Below are positions 53,321 to 62,597 of a DNA stretch of 64,000 nt, piece after piece; the first letter of the stretch is position 1, and every line of letters begins with the position of its first letter. The stretch covers positions 1,914 through 65,913 of the forward strand of contig CAKPSH010000006.1 of NCBI GenBank assembly GCA_934183325.1. The letters run 5' to 3'. Origin of the DNA: an uncultured Clostridia bacterium (lineage in GTDB: Bacteria > Bacillota > Clostridia > TANB77 > CAG-508). The notes beneath the pieces were generated by a model, which worked only from the letters and a program-made list of their open reading frames with translations, searched no databases and was not told the origin of the DNA. Position numbers and translations under genes: made by a program.

Positions 53321-54604
53321 TTACTTCGATGGAAATCCAATATTAGGTCTCATTCCACTTTGTATAAAATTGATTTTTCTAAAATTATAAAGTAGTTCAT
53401 TTAAATATACCAAGATAGTAATGTTATCATAACATAATAAAGCTAAGTCGCAAAGATACAATTCCACAACGTTTTCTTGACCTCTAAATTTATCGTAAAA
53501 AGTAATTTTTTGTGAACTAACATCAAAATCGTATGTATAATGTGCAATTGCATTGCGTATATTTCTATCTATTTTAACACATTTACTAAAAGGTTCTTCA
53601 AAAATCAAAGATTCTAATCTCTTCGATTTTACTAATTTATTATATTCCTCAAAGTTTGAAACATTAGCTCCATCAGAAAAACTATCATATGTTCCTCTTA
53701 AATAAATATTATTTAATCCTATTGCAATAGTTATCATATCTAATATTAATTCATAACTATCTTTATAAAAATTAATCATATCATCAAAACTTATCGTAGC
53801 AATTCCATAAATTTCTTTATCGAATTTTTCACGTAAATCTCCCAAGGAAATCATAACCATCGGAATATATTTTTCAAAGTTTTCTATCCATCTTGAATAA
53901 ATTTTTACAATTCTTTTTAAATTAAAATCAATTTCTTGATTTGTTTTTAAAAAATCTATAAATTTATATACTTCTAAAATAATTTCTTTATTCATCACTT
54001 TTTTTGATATTTCAATAAATTCATTAAGGGTATTAGGATCAAGTATTTTACTAAAGCCTATTACATTTGATTGGTGTAATGCCATTGCAACATCTAATTT
54101 ATTTTTTACAGTAAAATTAGGCGAAAGTTTAAGTATAGGCTCACGTATTAATTCAATTTTATCATTAAAATATAAATCATAAAGTGGTCTTAGTACATTC
54201 CAATTGTTTATTTTAAAAAATATAAATTCTTCTATATGTTTAACTAAATTCATATAATCTTGTCCTGATTCGAACAAATTTACAGTATCCATAAATGGCC
54301 CTGCCCCTTTAGAATACATTTGTTCAAAAGAAATATACTTGCTAATTTTTTTATGTGGTAATTCTACCGAAAAATCCGCATAATAATCTATATTATCTAG
54401 ACATTCTTCTATTTCTGTTGCATTATTAATTTCAAAAGAATTTTCAGTGGCAATTTTTCTAATTCCATTAATATTAACTTTACAATTGGGGCAGAAAAAA
54501 CTAAATGGGATATCAAATTCACCCATTTGAAATCGAAGAAGTATATTAGTTTTACAAAAATTACATTTTATATATATTCTATTTATCATAATTTCCCCCA
54601 TCAC
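53321..54604 (-). CDS. N-terminal zinc-ribbon plus C-terminal HEPN-motif protein (Abi-like)
   Basis: 427 aa with CNFC...CPNC at the N-terminus and a DRNIRNAIAHYTYD Rx4H motif near the C-terminus. Confidence 0.4.
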   Translation of the reverse strand: MMGEIMINRIYIKCNFCKTNILLRFQMGEFDIPFSFFCPNCKVNINGIRKIATENSFEINNATEIEECLDNIDYYADFSVELPHKKISKYISFEQMYSKGAGPFMDTVNLFESGQDYMNLVKHIEEFIFFKINNWNVLRPLYDLYFNDKIELIREPILKLSPNFTVKNKLDVAMALHQSNVIGFSKILDPNTLNEFIEISKKVMNKEIILEVYKFIDFLKTNQEIDFNLKRIVKIYSRWIENFEKYIPMVMISLGDLREKFDKEIYGIATISFDDMINFYKDSYELILDMITIAIGLNNIYLRGTYDSFSDGANVSNFEEYNKLVKSKRLESLIFEEPFSKCVKIDRNIRNAIAHYTYDFDVSSQKITFYDKFRGQENVVELYLCDLALLCYDNITILVYLNELLYNFRKINFIQSGMRPNIGFPSK

Positions 54605-54873
54605 ATAAATTAATTTTTATTTTATATTCATTCTCTGATAATAACTATATTCCATATACAAACAGTTTGCGTTCTTGTCAAAGAATTTAAAATTTAAAAA
54701 TTAGTATCTAATAATTTTTCATAAATTTCTATTATTACAATACTTCTATTTAATATACTATTTATTAATATTAGCTTATTATTTAATTTATCAACACCTC
54801 TATATTAGTTTAATATAGAAATTTTATACTTTTCCGATATTTCATCAAGTTTTTAAATAAGTTCCATTTTATT

Positions 54874-55545
54874 TTAATCATCACTTTTTCCAAATTCTTT
54901 TCGTTCATTATTATTAATTGCATCATTCAAATCTTTATATAAAGAACTTTTAGGCATAACATTTAGTTCGTCAAATTTAAAAAGAGTTCTTCCCTCTATA
55001 TAATTTGCTAATCTATTATTAGAATATGCGATGGATCTTATTTCTTCAATCACTCCATCTATACCATCTTTTATTTCAATTTCTTTTTTGTACGCGATAC
55101 TTCTTTTATATGAAATTAGCTTATTATCATTTTCTTGTACATATTTAACATTGATTTCTATATTTGGAGACATTTCACTTTTTAAATACATAACTACTCC
55201 TTGTGTTTCTTCTGATGGATATAACATAAATTCATTCTTGAAAATATCATCTAATTCAAAATTTGTTTGTTCATTATTATTCATACTTAAAAAATCTATT
55301 TTTATATTAGTTGCTCCGCTTTGACCATTATTTTTTATGTATAATACTAAAAATCCATTTTTTTCATATAACTTAAATGTTAATATTGGCTTTAAACTAT
55401 TTATATATCTTCGATTAGCCTTTACGTTAGAAACGATAGTTATTATTACCGCAATAATTGCTACAACTAATGATAAAATTGAAATTATATTTGATGTTGT
55501 GTTATCCTTTAGAAGACATATTATTTCTTGTAATTCATTTTCCAT
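54874..55545 (-). CDS. Hypothetical single-pass membrane protein
   Basis: 223 aa with an N-terminal TM segment, IISILSLVVAIIAVIITIV. Confidence 0.4.
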   Translation of the reverse strand: MENELQEIICLLKDNTTSNIISILSLVVAIIAVIITIVSNVKANRRYINSLKPILTFKLYEKNGFLVLYIKNNGQSGATNIKIDFLSMNNNEQTNFELDDIFKNEFMLYPSEETQGVVMYLKSEMSPNIEINVKYVQENDNKLISYKRSIAYKKEIEIKDGIDGVIEEIRSIAYSNNRLANYIEGRTLFKFDELNVMPKSSLYKDLNDAINNNERKEFGKSDD

Positions 55546-55679
55546 TCAAAGTCCTCCCTATTTTTGTCATATCTTATCATTTTTTCTGCAATTTTTCCAG
55601 TAATATTTTTAATTTTGTTATATATGCATATAATATTGTTATATAATTATAATAAAATTTCATTCAAGTGTTGACATAC

Positions 55680-55708
55680 GTGTTTATACGTAGTATAATG
55701 TATTACAG
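55680..55708 (+). promoter_or_regulatory. Sigma-A-type promoter with a palindromic operator in the spacer, upstream of hicA
   Basis: TTGACA, a 17-bp spacer, then TATAAT. The spacer contains the inverted repeat TACGTgtttatACGTA. Confidence 0.5.
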
Positions 55709-55732
55709 AAAGGAGGATATTAAATGCATTGT

Positions 55733-55901
55733 AAAAAGCTAATCAAGTTGCTTCAGCAAAATGGTTGGCGAAAGATTTCACAAAACGGTTCTCATTTAAA
55801 AATGAGAAAACGGAAATCAAACTGAAATTATTCCCGTACATAGCGGAGATATTCCAATAGGGACAGCTGAAGCAATTCTAAAAAGAACAGGGCTAAAATA
55901 A
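55733..55901 (+). pseudogene. hicA: hicA-family toxin gene interrupted by a +1 frameshift in an A4 run
   Basis: Frame 0 gives MHCKKLIKLLQQNGWRKISQNGSHLKMRKRKSN*. The +1 frame continues ENGNQTEIIPVHSGDIPIGTAEAILKRTGLK*. Removing one A from agaaaacgg restores a 55-aa HicA-like ORF (KLIKLLQQNGW...GSH...IPVH...). Confidence 0.6.
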
Positions 55902-56031
55902 TTAGCCCTCCCTATTCAACTATATAATATTTCAGTTAAATGAGGGTAAAACTTTAATTTTATATTTTTTACTAGGGTTTGTTTGCTGTGCATTTATCTT
56001 CCTTTCTATCATATAAATTGGAGGTATAAAA

Positions 56032-56424
56032 ATGAAAAATCAATTAACTGTCTTTCCTGCCATATTTACTTTTGATGGTAAATATTATAATGTTGATTTT
56101 ATCGATTTAAAAGGATGTTCAACTTTTGGAAGCAGTATACAAGTTGCATATTCTATGGCTCAGGATGCTATGGGCTTATATTTGGATAATATGACTAATT
56201 TTCCAAATCCCTCTTTAGATTTTTCTAATATCCCTTTAAAGGAAAATCAATTTGTTTCATTTATAAGTATTGACATGGATGACTACAGAAAAAAATTCAA
56301 TAAAAAATCGATAAAAAAGACTTTGACCATCCCTGAATGGTTAAATTATCTTGCCGAAAAAAACGATATTAATTTTTCTCAAGTTTTGCAGGAAGCTTTA
56401 AAAGAAAAATTAAATATTGACTAA
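56032..56424 (+). CDS. hicB: HicB-family antitoxin (RNase H-like N-domain plus C-terminal RHH)
   Basis: 130 aa with the C-terminal TLTIPEWLNYLAEKNDINFSQVLQEALKEKL CopG/RHH motif. It lies directly downstream of hicA. Confidence 0.75.
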   Translation: MKNQLTVFPAIFTFDGKYYNVDFIDLKGCSTFGSSIQVAYSMAQDAMGLYLDNMTNFPNPSLDFSNIPLKENQFVSFISIDMDDYRKKFNKKSIKKTLTIPEWLNYLAEKNDINFSQVLQEALKEKLNID

Positions 56425-56742
56425 ATTTTTTAAAAATAATATAATATAAAAAATGCATTTAATATCCAAAAAAAGAGATTAAAAAGTAGATAGTTTTATA
56501 ACTATCTATTTTTTATTTCTTATTTTTCATAAAAAGATTTCTTCATTTATTCTTTTAATTTTATATTTTATAACGTATACTGTACAAAAATCACACTATA
56601 TTAACATTTTTTCTTTCCCCCTACACCCCAAAACTTTTCCTCCATAACCCCCTGTCGGGTTTTGTTTTCTTCCACAAAAATGTTACAATAAAAACATAGT
56701 AATACAAACAATTACTAAAAACAACAGAAAGGAGGCAAAAAA

Positions 56743-57942
56743 GTGACAGGTAGTATTGAAAAGCGAGGAAAAAACAGTTACAGGCTAGTAGTATTCAAAG
56801 GATATGATCTAGACGGCAAACCAATAAGGCATCAAAAAACAATACACTGCAAGAAAAAATCAGAAGCACAGATAGAACTTGCAAAATTTCTAACAGAAGT
56901 AGAAAGTGGACTAATAGTAGATGGAAACATCCCAACATTTGCACAATATGTGGAAATATGGACAAAGGATTATGCATTAAAAGAACTAGCACCGTCAACT
57001 TACTACAGATACAAACGCATGCTAGAAACAAGGATAACTCCATATTTTGGACATTATAAAATAAATAAAATCAAACCAACAGACATAATGAGATTTTATG
57101 ATTTGCTTGAAGAAGATACTCAAATTGTTAGAAGAAAAAATAATAATGGAAAGAAAACAAGAAAGCCATTATCTCAAAAGACAATATTAGAGCACCATCG
57201 TTTGCTATCAGCAATGCTTCATAAAGCAGTATATTGGCAACTTATTGTAAGCAATCCTGCTGAACGTGTTCAACCACCGAAAACATCTAAGCCGTTAAGA
57301 CGTCATTATGATGAAGAACAAACTAAAATTCTTGTTGATAATTTGCAAAAGTTAAAAGGCAATCAAATTAAATATCGTACTGCAATTTTACTTGATATTT
57401 TTACTGGAGCAAGGCTTGGAGAACTTGTTGGACTTGAATGGAACGATATTGATTTAAAAAATGGTATTATCAATATTAATAAGTCTAGTCAATATCTTTC
57501 TGAAAAAGGAGTTTTTACAAAATCTCCTAAAACAGAAAGTTCAATAAGAGATGTTGCAATACCTGATTTTATCGTTTCTTTACTTGAGGAATATAAGTTA
57601 TGGTATGATGAACAAAAATCAACTGTAGGCGATTTCTGGCACGAATCTAATAGGCTATTTGTTCAAGATGATGGTAAACCTATTCATCCATCTACAATTA
57701 GCAAATGGTTTGAACAGTTTGTTAAAAAGATTGGATTGCCTGTAATTAATTTTCATGGTTTAAGACATACAAATGCAACTCTTCTTATTTCTCAGCAAGT
57801 TGATGTTGCAACAGTATCTGCTAGACTTGGTCATGCACAAATTACTACTACATACAATTTCTATGTTCACCCACTAAAATCTCATGATAGGACTGCTGGA
57901 AATGTATTAGAGAATTTGTTAATTTCAAGCAAGGCAAATTAG
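56743..57942 (+). CDS. int: Tyrosine recombinase / phage-type integrase
   Basis: 399 aa with a GTG start behind an AAAGGAGG RBS. It has R (TGARLGEL), HGLRHTNATLL and the C-terminal catalytic Y (TTTYNFYVH). It sits next to the right att repeat. Confidence 0.9.
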   Translation: MTGSIEKRGKNSYRLVVFKGYDLDGKPIRHQKTIHCKKKSEAQIELAKFLTEVESGLIVDGNIPTFAQYVEIWTKDYALKELAPSTYYRYKRMLETRITPYFGHYKINKIKPTDIMRFYDLLEEDTQIVRRKNNNGKKTRKPLSQKTILEHHRLLSAMLHKAVYWQLIVSNPAERVQPPKTSKPLRRHYDEEQTKILVDNLQKLKGNQIKYRTAILLDIFTGARLGELVGLEWNDIDLKNGIININKSSQYLSEKGVFTKSPKTESSIRDVAIPDFIVSLLEEYKLWYDEQKSTVGDFWHESNRLFVQDDGKPIHPSTISKWFEQFVKKIGLPVINFHGLRHTNATLLISQQVDVATVSARLGHAQITTTYNFYVHPLKSHDRTAGNVLENLLISSKAN

Positions 57943-58075
57943 AAATTCAATATTATCTAAAAATCTTTTTTGTGACTCTCATATTTATATTTTTTTGATT
58001 TACTTTGTTGCAAAAATGACTTTAAGAATTTTTATGAAATGAGATTTTCTTAGAGGTTCTATGTCAATTGGGAAG

Positions 58076-58095
58076 TTGATCCCCAATTTCTCCCC
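58076..58095. repeat. Right att core (direct repeat copy 2)
   Basis: This is ttgatccccaatttctcccc, embedded in the near-palindrome tatgtcaattggg...ccccaatttgacata. Confidence 0.6.
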
Positions 58096-58212
58096 AATTT
58101 GACATAATAGTGTTATTTTTAAGCATTATAGCAACCAATTTGAAGGTAGTAAAAAATCGCTACATCCATTCAAGCTGTAACGATTAAATCAAAATTGTAA
58201 AGTAAAATCATT

Positions 58213-58644
58213 TCAAACTCGCCTTAGGGTTATGAGATTCAATTTCAAATCTCCAACTTCTATATAATCTTTTATAACTTCATTATTTGTATTTCTTAGT
58301 TGAACATTTACTCTGGCAACTAGTTCTTCTATGTGAAATGGTTTTGTTACATAATCATTAGCTCCATTATCAAATCCATTTAATTTATCTTCCAACATAT
58401 TTTTTGCTGTTAACATTATTACTTTTGATTTTATTCCTTCTTTTCTAAGCTCTGCAAGCACATCAAATCCATTCATTTTAGGTAACATTACATCCAAAAT
58501 AATTAAATCATATATATTTGTACTTGCATTATCAAGTCCATCTTCTCCATCAGTAGAAATATCAACTGCATATTTTTCTTTTCTAAGTCTGCTTGCAATG
58601 ACATCAGCTAAATTAAATTCATCTTCTATAATTAATATTCTCAT
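58213..58644 (-). CDS. OmpR-family response regulator, truncated. The receiver domain is complete, and the winged-helix DNA-binding domain stops after its first beta-strand.
   Basis: 143 aa. The receiver is MRILIIEDE...D...LTAK. The tail ...YIEVGDLKLNLITLRRV* matches the start of OmpR C-terminal domains, but the stop codon comes right after it. No continuation appears in any frame on either side of the island. Confidence 0.7.
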   Translation of the reverse strand: MRILIIEDEFNLADVIASRLRKEKYAVDISTDGEDGLDNASTNIYDLIILDVMLPKMNGFDVLAELRKEGIKSKVIMLTAKNMLEDKLNGFDNGANDYVTKPFHIEELVARVNVQLRNTNNEVIKDYIEVGDLKLNLITLRRV

Positions 58645-58776
58645 ACTTACTCACCTTATTTATATATACATTGTATAGATTAAACAGAGATTAAATTATT
58701 TATATTTTATCATATTTTCTTTAATTAACAACTAAAATATACCGAATTTAACTATCTTAAATTCGGTATTAATAAT

Positions 58777-59886
58777 TTATTCTTTTTCTTCAACTTCATT
58801 AACTTTTTCTGTGGTTAGTTCTTTTTTCTGTTCATGTACTACAACTGGTTCATCATTTTCTCCCCTTGCATCTATTGCTTCCATAAACTTTTTACTTCTT
58901 CTTTCTTCTTCAACTTCCTTTTCTACTCTTTTAGCTAATGATGTTGTTGCATCATACACTAACTCCTGTTCACCTAATTCATTTGTTCTTATATCTATAT
59001 TCTGGTCTTTTAGGTCTTCTAACATTTTTGCTATTAAATTTGAGTTTCTATGTGTATTTTTTACTTTTGTATCATTATTTTCTAGATATTCTTTATACAT
59101 TTTTTCCAGATTTAATTCTTTGTCTGTTAGTCTTACCTCTAAATGATAAACTTGTCGTGCTCCTTCATTCTTTCCTTTTATCTTAGAGATTAACGCCTCT
59201 CTTGCTGCTTGGTGTTCTCCAAATCCTAATCTTTCTAAGAATAATATGCTCTTTCCTTTCTTTTCTTTCTGTAATATTTCAATATAGCCCATTTTTTCCA
59301 ATGTCTCAATCATCCTTACATTAACACCATGTGTATCTGTTTCAAATATTTGAGGATATACCATTTGTTTTCCATCTTTTGAAGGTATCATTTTTCCTAT
59401 ATCTCTATACTCTTGTTGAAACCCTTGCATCATTGTTATTATATCTATTCCCATCAAACTTGCTTTTTCAGATTTACTATTTAGTTTTTTCATTTCTTGA
59501 ATTCCTTTAATTGATGGATATTGTCCTATTTTTAGCTTTTTTGTTTTCACTACACCAAACATTGAATTTTTGCTTTTTTTCTCTGCTGCTATATCTACAA
59601 ATCCTTTAAAAAAATTTGCACCTGCAATCCCAACTGCAACTGGTGTTATAGCTGGGACAATAAATTGAGCCACACTACTTCCAATTATAGCACCTTGACT
59701 TGCTCCACTTTCAAGTATAATAGATAGAATCTCCGGATTTATAAGTATCGTACCTCCAATTACGACTTTCAATAGTGCTATACTCTTTTTCTTTATATTA
59801 GCAACTAACCTTTTATTATTTTTTTCACTATTAATTAATTTATTCTCTTTTACAACCATTGGTAATTTGTCATTCATTTGTATCAT
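58777..59886 (-). CDS. Hypothetical protein with an N-terminal hydrophobic region
   Basis: 369 aa with no recognised motif. One or two N-terminal TM or amphipathic segments. Confidence 0.35.
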   Translation of the reverse strand: MIQMNDKLPMVVKENKLINSEKNNKRLVANIKKKSIALLKVVIGGTILINPEILSIILESGASQGAIIGSSVAQFIVPAITPVAVGIAGANFFKGFVDIAAEKKSKNSMFGVVKTKKLKIGQYPSIKGIQEMKKLNSKSEKASLMGIDIITMMQGFQQEYRDIGKMIPSKDGKQMVYPQIFETDTHGVNVRMIETLEKMGYIEILQKEKKGKSILFLERLGFGEHQAAREALISKIKGKNEGARQVYHLEVRLTDKELNLEKMYKEYLENNDTKVKNTHRNSNLIAKMLEDLKDQNIDIRTNELGEQELVYDATTSLAKRVEKEVEEERRSKKFMEAIDARGENDEPVVVHEQKKELTTEKVNEVEEKE

Positions 59887-59915
59887 CTCTCTTATATATG
59901 ATTATAACATAAACT

Positions 59916-60494
59916 TTATTCTTCTGCATACCCTTTTGATTTAAAAGCATTTTCCATATCATCAACTCTTTTAAAAATTGAAACTATCAATGGTACCAAA
60001 ATTAGATTTATGTTTTTTACCATATTAATTCCTTCTGTATTAAATCCTTTTGATTTTAATGAATTTTTCATTTTTTCTGTTTCATCTTTTAATATTGGAA
60101 TAAACGCAACTGCAATGCTTACCATTATCCCTATATCTTTTGTATTTACCTTAAATATTTTTAATGGCAATAACACATTTTCTATTGAAGTTGCTAATTT
60201 ATTAGCTGTAAAGTTCTTCGTAAAAGTATATGTAATATTACATACAAGTACTAATCTTATAGCTATTAATATAGCATTATATCCAGATACTAAAATAGCA
60301 TTAATTACAAAAATTATACATATAAAAGGTAATAATCTAATAATACTTTTTATTGATTCCAATATGTTAATTTTTTCAATAATCATCAGGATTATGTTTA
60401 TAATTGTTACTACAATTAACAATTTATAACTTTGTATACAAAATATCAAAGCAGTATATATAATAAATAGTATAAATTTTATTGTGTCTTTCAT
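59916..60494 (-). CDS. Putative ECF-transporter transmembrane (T-like, CbiQ-family) component. It is short.
   Basis: 192 aa, polytopic, immediately downstream of an ECF-type ATPase. Confidence 0.45.
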   Translation of the reverse strand: MKDTIKFILFIIYTALIFCIQSYKLLIVVTIINIILMIIEKINILESIKSIIRLLPFICIIFVINAILVSGYNAILIAIRLVLVCNITYTFTKNFTANKLATSIENVLLPLKIFKVNTKDIGIMVSIAVAFIPILKDETEKMKNSLKSKGFNTEGINMVKNINLILVPLIVSIFKRVDDMENAFKSKGYAEE

Positions 60495-60509
60495 TTTTCT
60501 TCTCCAATA

Positions 60510-61283
60510 TTAAATAATTTCTGATAATTCAATATTAATCCCCTTATTTCTAAGTTTTAATAATAGTTGAACTTTAGGAGGAATTTGTATATTTTTGCTT
60601 TTTAAGAAATCTATATTTTCCAATATTTCACTTGACTTAAACTCTTTCACAATTTGCCCTTGTTCCATTACAAGAACTCTATCTGAATATAAAATTTCAT
60701 CCATAACATTTGTTGCATATATTATTGTATATCCATCTTCTTTTAATTTCTTTACAATTTCATATACTGTTTCTTTTCCTTCTGAATCAAGCATTGCTGT
60801 TGGCTCGTCCATTACTAGATACTTTGGTCCCATACTTAAAACACTTGCAATTGTAACCCTCTGTTTCTGCCCCATTGATAAATCATATGCTTCTTTATCT
60901 TTGTACTCATACATATTTACACTTTCTAAAGTTTTTTTTATTCTTTCTTCAGCATTATCTAAGCCTAAATTTTTAATTCCAAATAACATATCATCATAAA
61001 CATTATTAAATATTATTTGATTTTCTGGATTTTGAAATACAATTCCTACCTTTTTTCTAATATCTATAAATTTCTTTTTATCGCCTAAATTGATGTTATC
61101 AACTAAAATATCTCCTTTAGTTGTTTTTGTAATTCCGCCAATTAATTTTAATAATGTAGACTTACCTGAACCATTTTTCCCTATTATTGTTACAAATTCT
61201 TTTTCTTCTACCTTTAAATTTATGTCTTTCAAAATCATATTACCCGTCTTGTATTTAAAACTTACATCTTTTACTTCTATCAT
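60510..61283 (-). CDS. ecfA: ECF transporter ATP-binding protein (EcfA/CbiO family)
   Basis: 257 aa with Walker A (GKNGSGKSTLLKL), an ABC signature (LSMGQKQRV) and Walker B (LVMDEPT). Confidence 0.8.
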   Translation of the reverse strand: MIEVKDVSFKYKTGNMILKDINLKVEEKEFVTIIGKNGSGKSTLLKLIGGITKTTKGDILVDNINLGDKKKFIDIRKKVGIVFQNPENQIIFNNVYDDMLFGIKNLGLDNAEERIKKTLESVNMYEYKDKEAYDLSMGQKQRVTIASVLSMGPKYLVMDEPTAMLDSEGKETVYEIVKKLKEDGYTIIYATNVMDEILYSDRVLVMEQGQIVKEFKSSEILENIDFLKSKNIQIPPKVQLLLKLRNKGINIELSEII

Positions 61284-61287
61284 TCTA

Positions 61288-61815
61288 TTATTCCTCTATG
61301 TATTTCTTTGTTATTGGCTCTAATATTTTTGTTATAGCCAATATAGTAATAATCTTTACTGGGTATCTAACAGCTTCAAGTGGTAATTTTCCTGCTAACG
61401 CTACTAAATATGCTTTACCATAAGCTATATAAGACCATAAAGAAGATAAAAATAAATTACAAAATACAGATACTATTAATGTACTTAAAATTAATCTTAT
61501 TACAAATTGTTTTGTACTTCTTTTTTCTCCTGGTTTTTTATATAGAAAAATTCCATAAATAAATCCATCAATTAATGAACTTATTGTATACCCCACAAAA
61601 TATTGACCTACAGGAAATAACAAAGCACCTATTAAATCTGCTAATCCTCCAATTAAAGTTGAATATTTTGGTCCTAACCATATTGCTGATAAAATTAGTG
61701 GAACAAATCCAAAACTAAAAGCAATATTTACAACTCTCACACTAAAAAATCTTGCTAATACAATATCTAAAGCTAAAAGTAGTGCTGATAAAATCATTTT
61801 TTTTGTTTTTGACAT
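61288..61815 (-). CDS. folT: ECF transporter substrate-specific (S) component, probably folate family (FolT)
   Basis: The likely true start is MSKTKKMILSALLLAL behind the RBS AAAGGAGA. The listed ORF's extra N-terminus lies in the riboswitch expression platform. The protein is a polytopic membrane protein, and a THF riboswitch precedes it. Confidence 0.6.
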   Translation of the reverse strand: MSKTKKMILSALLLALDIVLARFFSVRVVNIAFSFGFVPLILSAIWLGPKYSTLIGGLADLIGALLFPVGQYFVGYTISSLIDGFIYGIFLYKKPGEKRSTKQFVIRLILSTLIVSVFCNLFLSSLWSYIAYGKAYLVALAGKLPLEAVRYPVKIITILAITKILEPITKKYIEE

Positions 61816-61888
61816 AATAAAAAATCTCCTTTCTTGTAAAATTAGAGTTTCCAAAAAGGAGATTTTTTCCATTGTATTTTTCTCTTTT

Positions 61889-61994
61889 TATAGCGGAATG
61901 CAAAAATAGATAAGCGAATTTCTCCTTGCCCTACTAACAACTTCCCGTTTAATAGGTCTTAACTATCTATTTTTTACTCTATATTACCGCTATA
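61889..61994 (-). promoter_or_regulatory. THF (tetrahydrofolate) riboswitch aptamer in the folT leader
   Basis: The minus-strand RNA is UAUAGCGG-UAAUAUAGAGUAAAAAAUAGAUAGUUAAGACC...ACGGGAAG...GGAG...UUAUCUAUUUUUGCAUUCCGCUAUA. P1 (AUAGCGG/CCGCUAU) closes it. AGAGUA, GUUAAG, GGGA and UUGCAUyCGCU are in the order of the THF-I consensus. Downstream, AAAAAUCUCCUUU can pair with the SD region AAAGGAGAUUUUU, forming a translational OFF switch. Confidence 0.6.
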
Positions 61995-62029
61995 TTCTAC
62001 AACTTTATATATAATTCGTCAATATGTTC

Positions 62030-62584
62030 TTAAATATCAAAGAAATATGTTGCTTCTAGATCTGCTTCAAATAATAATAATGCTAAAGGATATTTTTTAT
62101 ATGCAGCACCAATTGTATTGTAAACTTCTTTTGGCTCTGTAAATCCCATATGCCAACGAATTGCATATTTCTCTTCTGGTGTTAATTTTATGAACTCAGA
62201 AATCATCATCACTGATTTTTCTCCATGTCCATAAGGTATTTGATCATCAATTGTATAATATGGTACTTTTTCCCATACTCCCAACTCATTTTTTGCATTT
62301 CTATAATCTACTTTATAAAAATTGGCTTTACAAACATCATGTAGTAATGCAGATATTATAATTGTATCATCTGAAACATTCATTTCTATACTTGCATTTT
62401 TTACTTTTTCTTTAAATATTTCATATACTTTCATACTATGTTCTAATAATCCACCTTCATAATCACCATGAAATCTTGTGCTTGCAGGTGCTTTAAAAAA
62501 ATCTGTTTTTTCTAAAAAATTAATTAAATTTTCTATACCTTCTCTATTTGTACTTCTTAATAATTCGATAAATTGTTCTTTCAT
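62030..62584 (-). CDS. HD-domain phosphohydrolase
   Basis: 184 aa with H...HD (ALLHDVCK) metal-binding motifs. Confidence 0.7.
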   Translation of the reverse strand: MKEQFIELLRSTNREGIENLINFLEKTDFFKAPASTRFHGDYEGGLLEHSMKVYEIFKEKVKNASIEMNVSDDTIIISALLHDVCKANFYKVDYRNAKNELGVWEKVPYYTIDDQIPYGHGEKSVMMISEFIKLTPEEKYAIRWHMGFTEPKEVYNTIGAAYKKYPLALLLFEADLEATYFFDI

Positions 62585-62597
62585 TTTTTATTTCTCC

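Larger units (their letters stand above)
37971..58095. mobile_element. Integrative genomic island (~20.1 kb) with a phage-type replication and integration module and anti-phage cargo
   Basis: Perfect 20-bp direct repeats TTGATCCCCAATTTCTCCCC lie at 37971-37990 and 58076-58095, and palindromic ATTGGGG/CCCCAAT arms flank each. The island holds a tyrosine integrase next to the right repeat, an excisionase-like HTH protein, a replisome organizer, a DnaC-like loader, a MobC-like protein, hicAB and defense-like operons. Confidence 0.7.

Noticed and set aside
61816-61872. N-terminal 20 residues (MEKISFLETLILQERRFFIM) of the listed 61288..61872 ORF
   Set aside because: This segment coincides with the riboswitch expression platform. 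The true start is at the Met behind AAAGGAGA (MSKTKK...).
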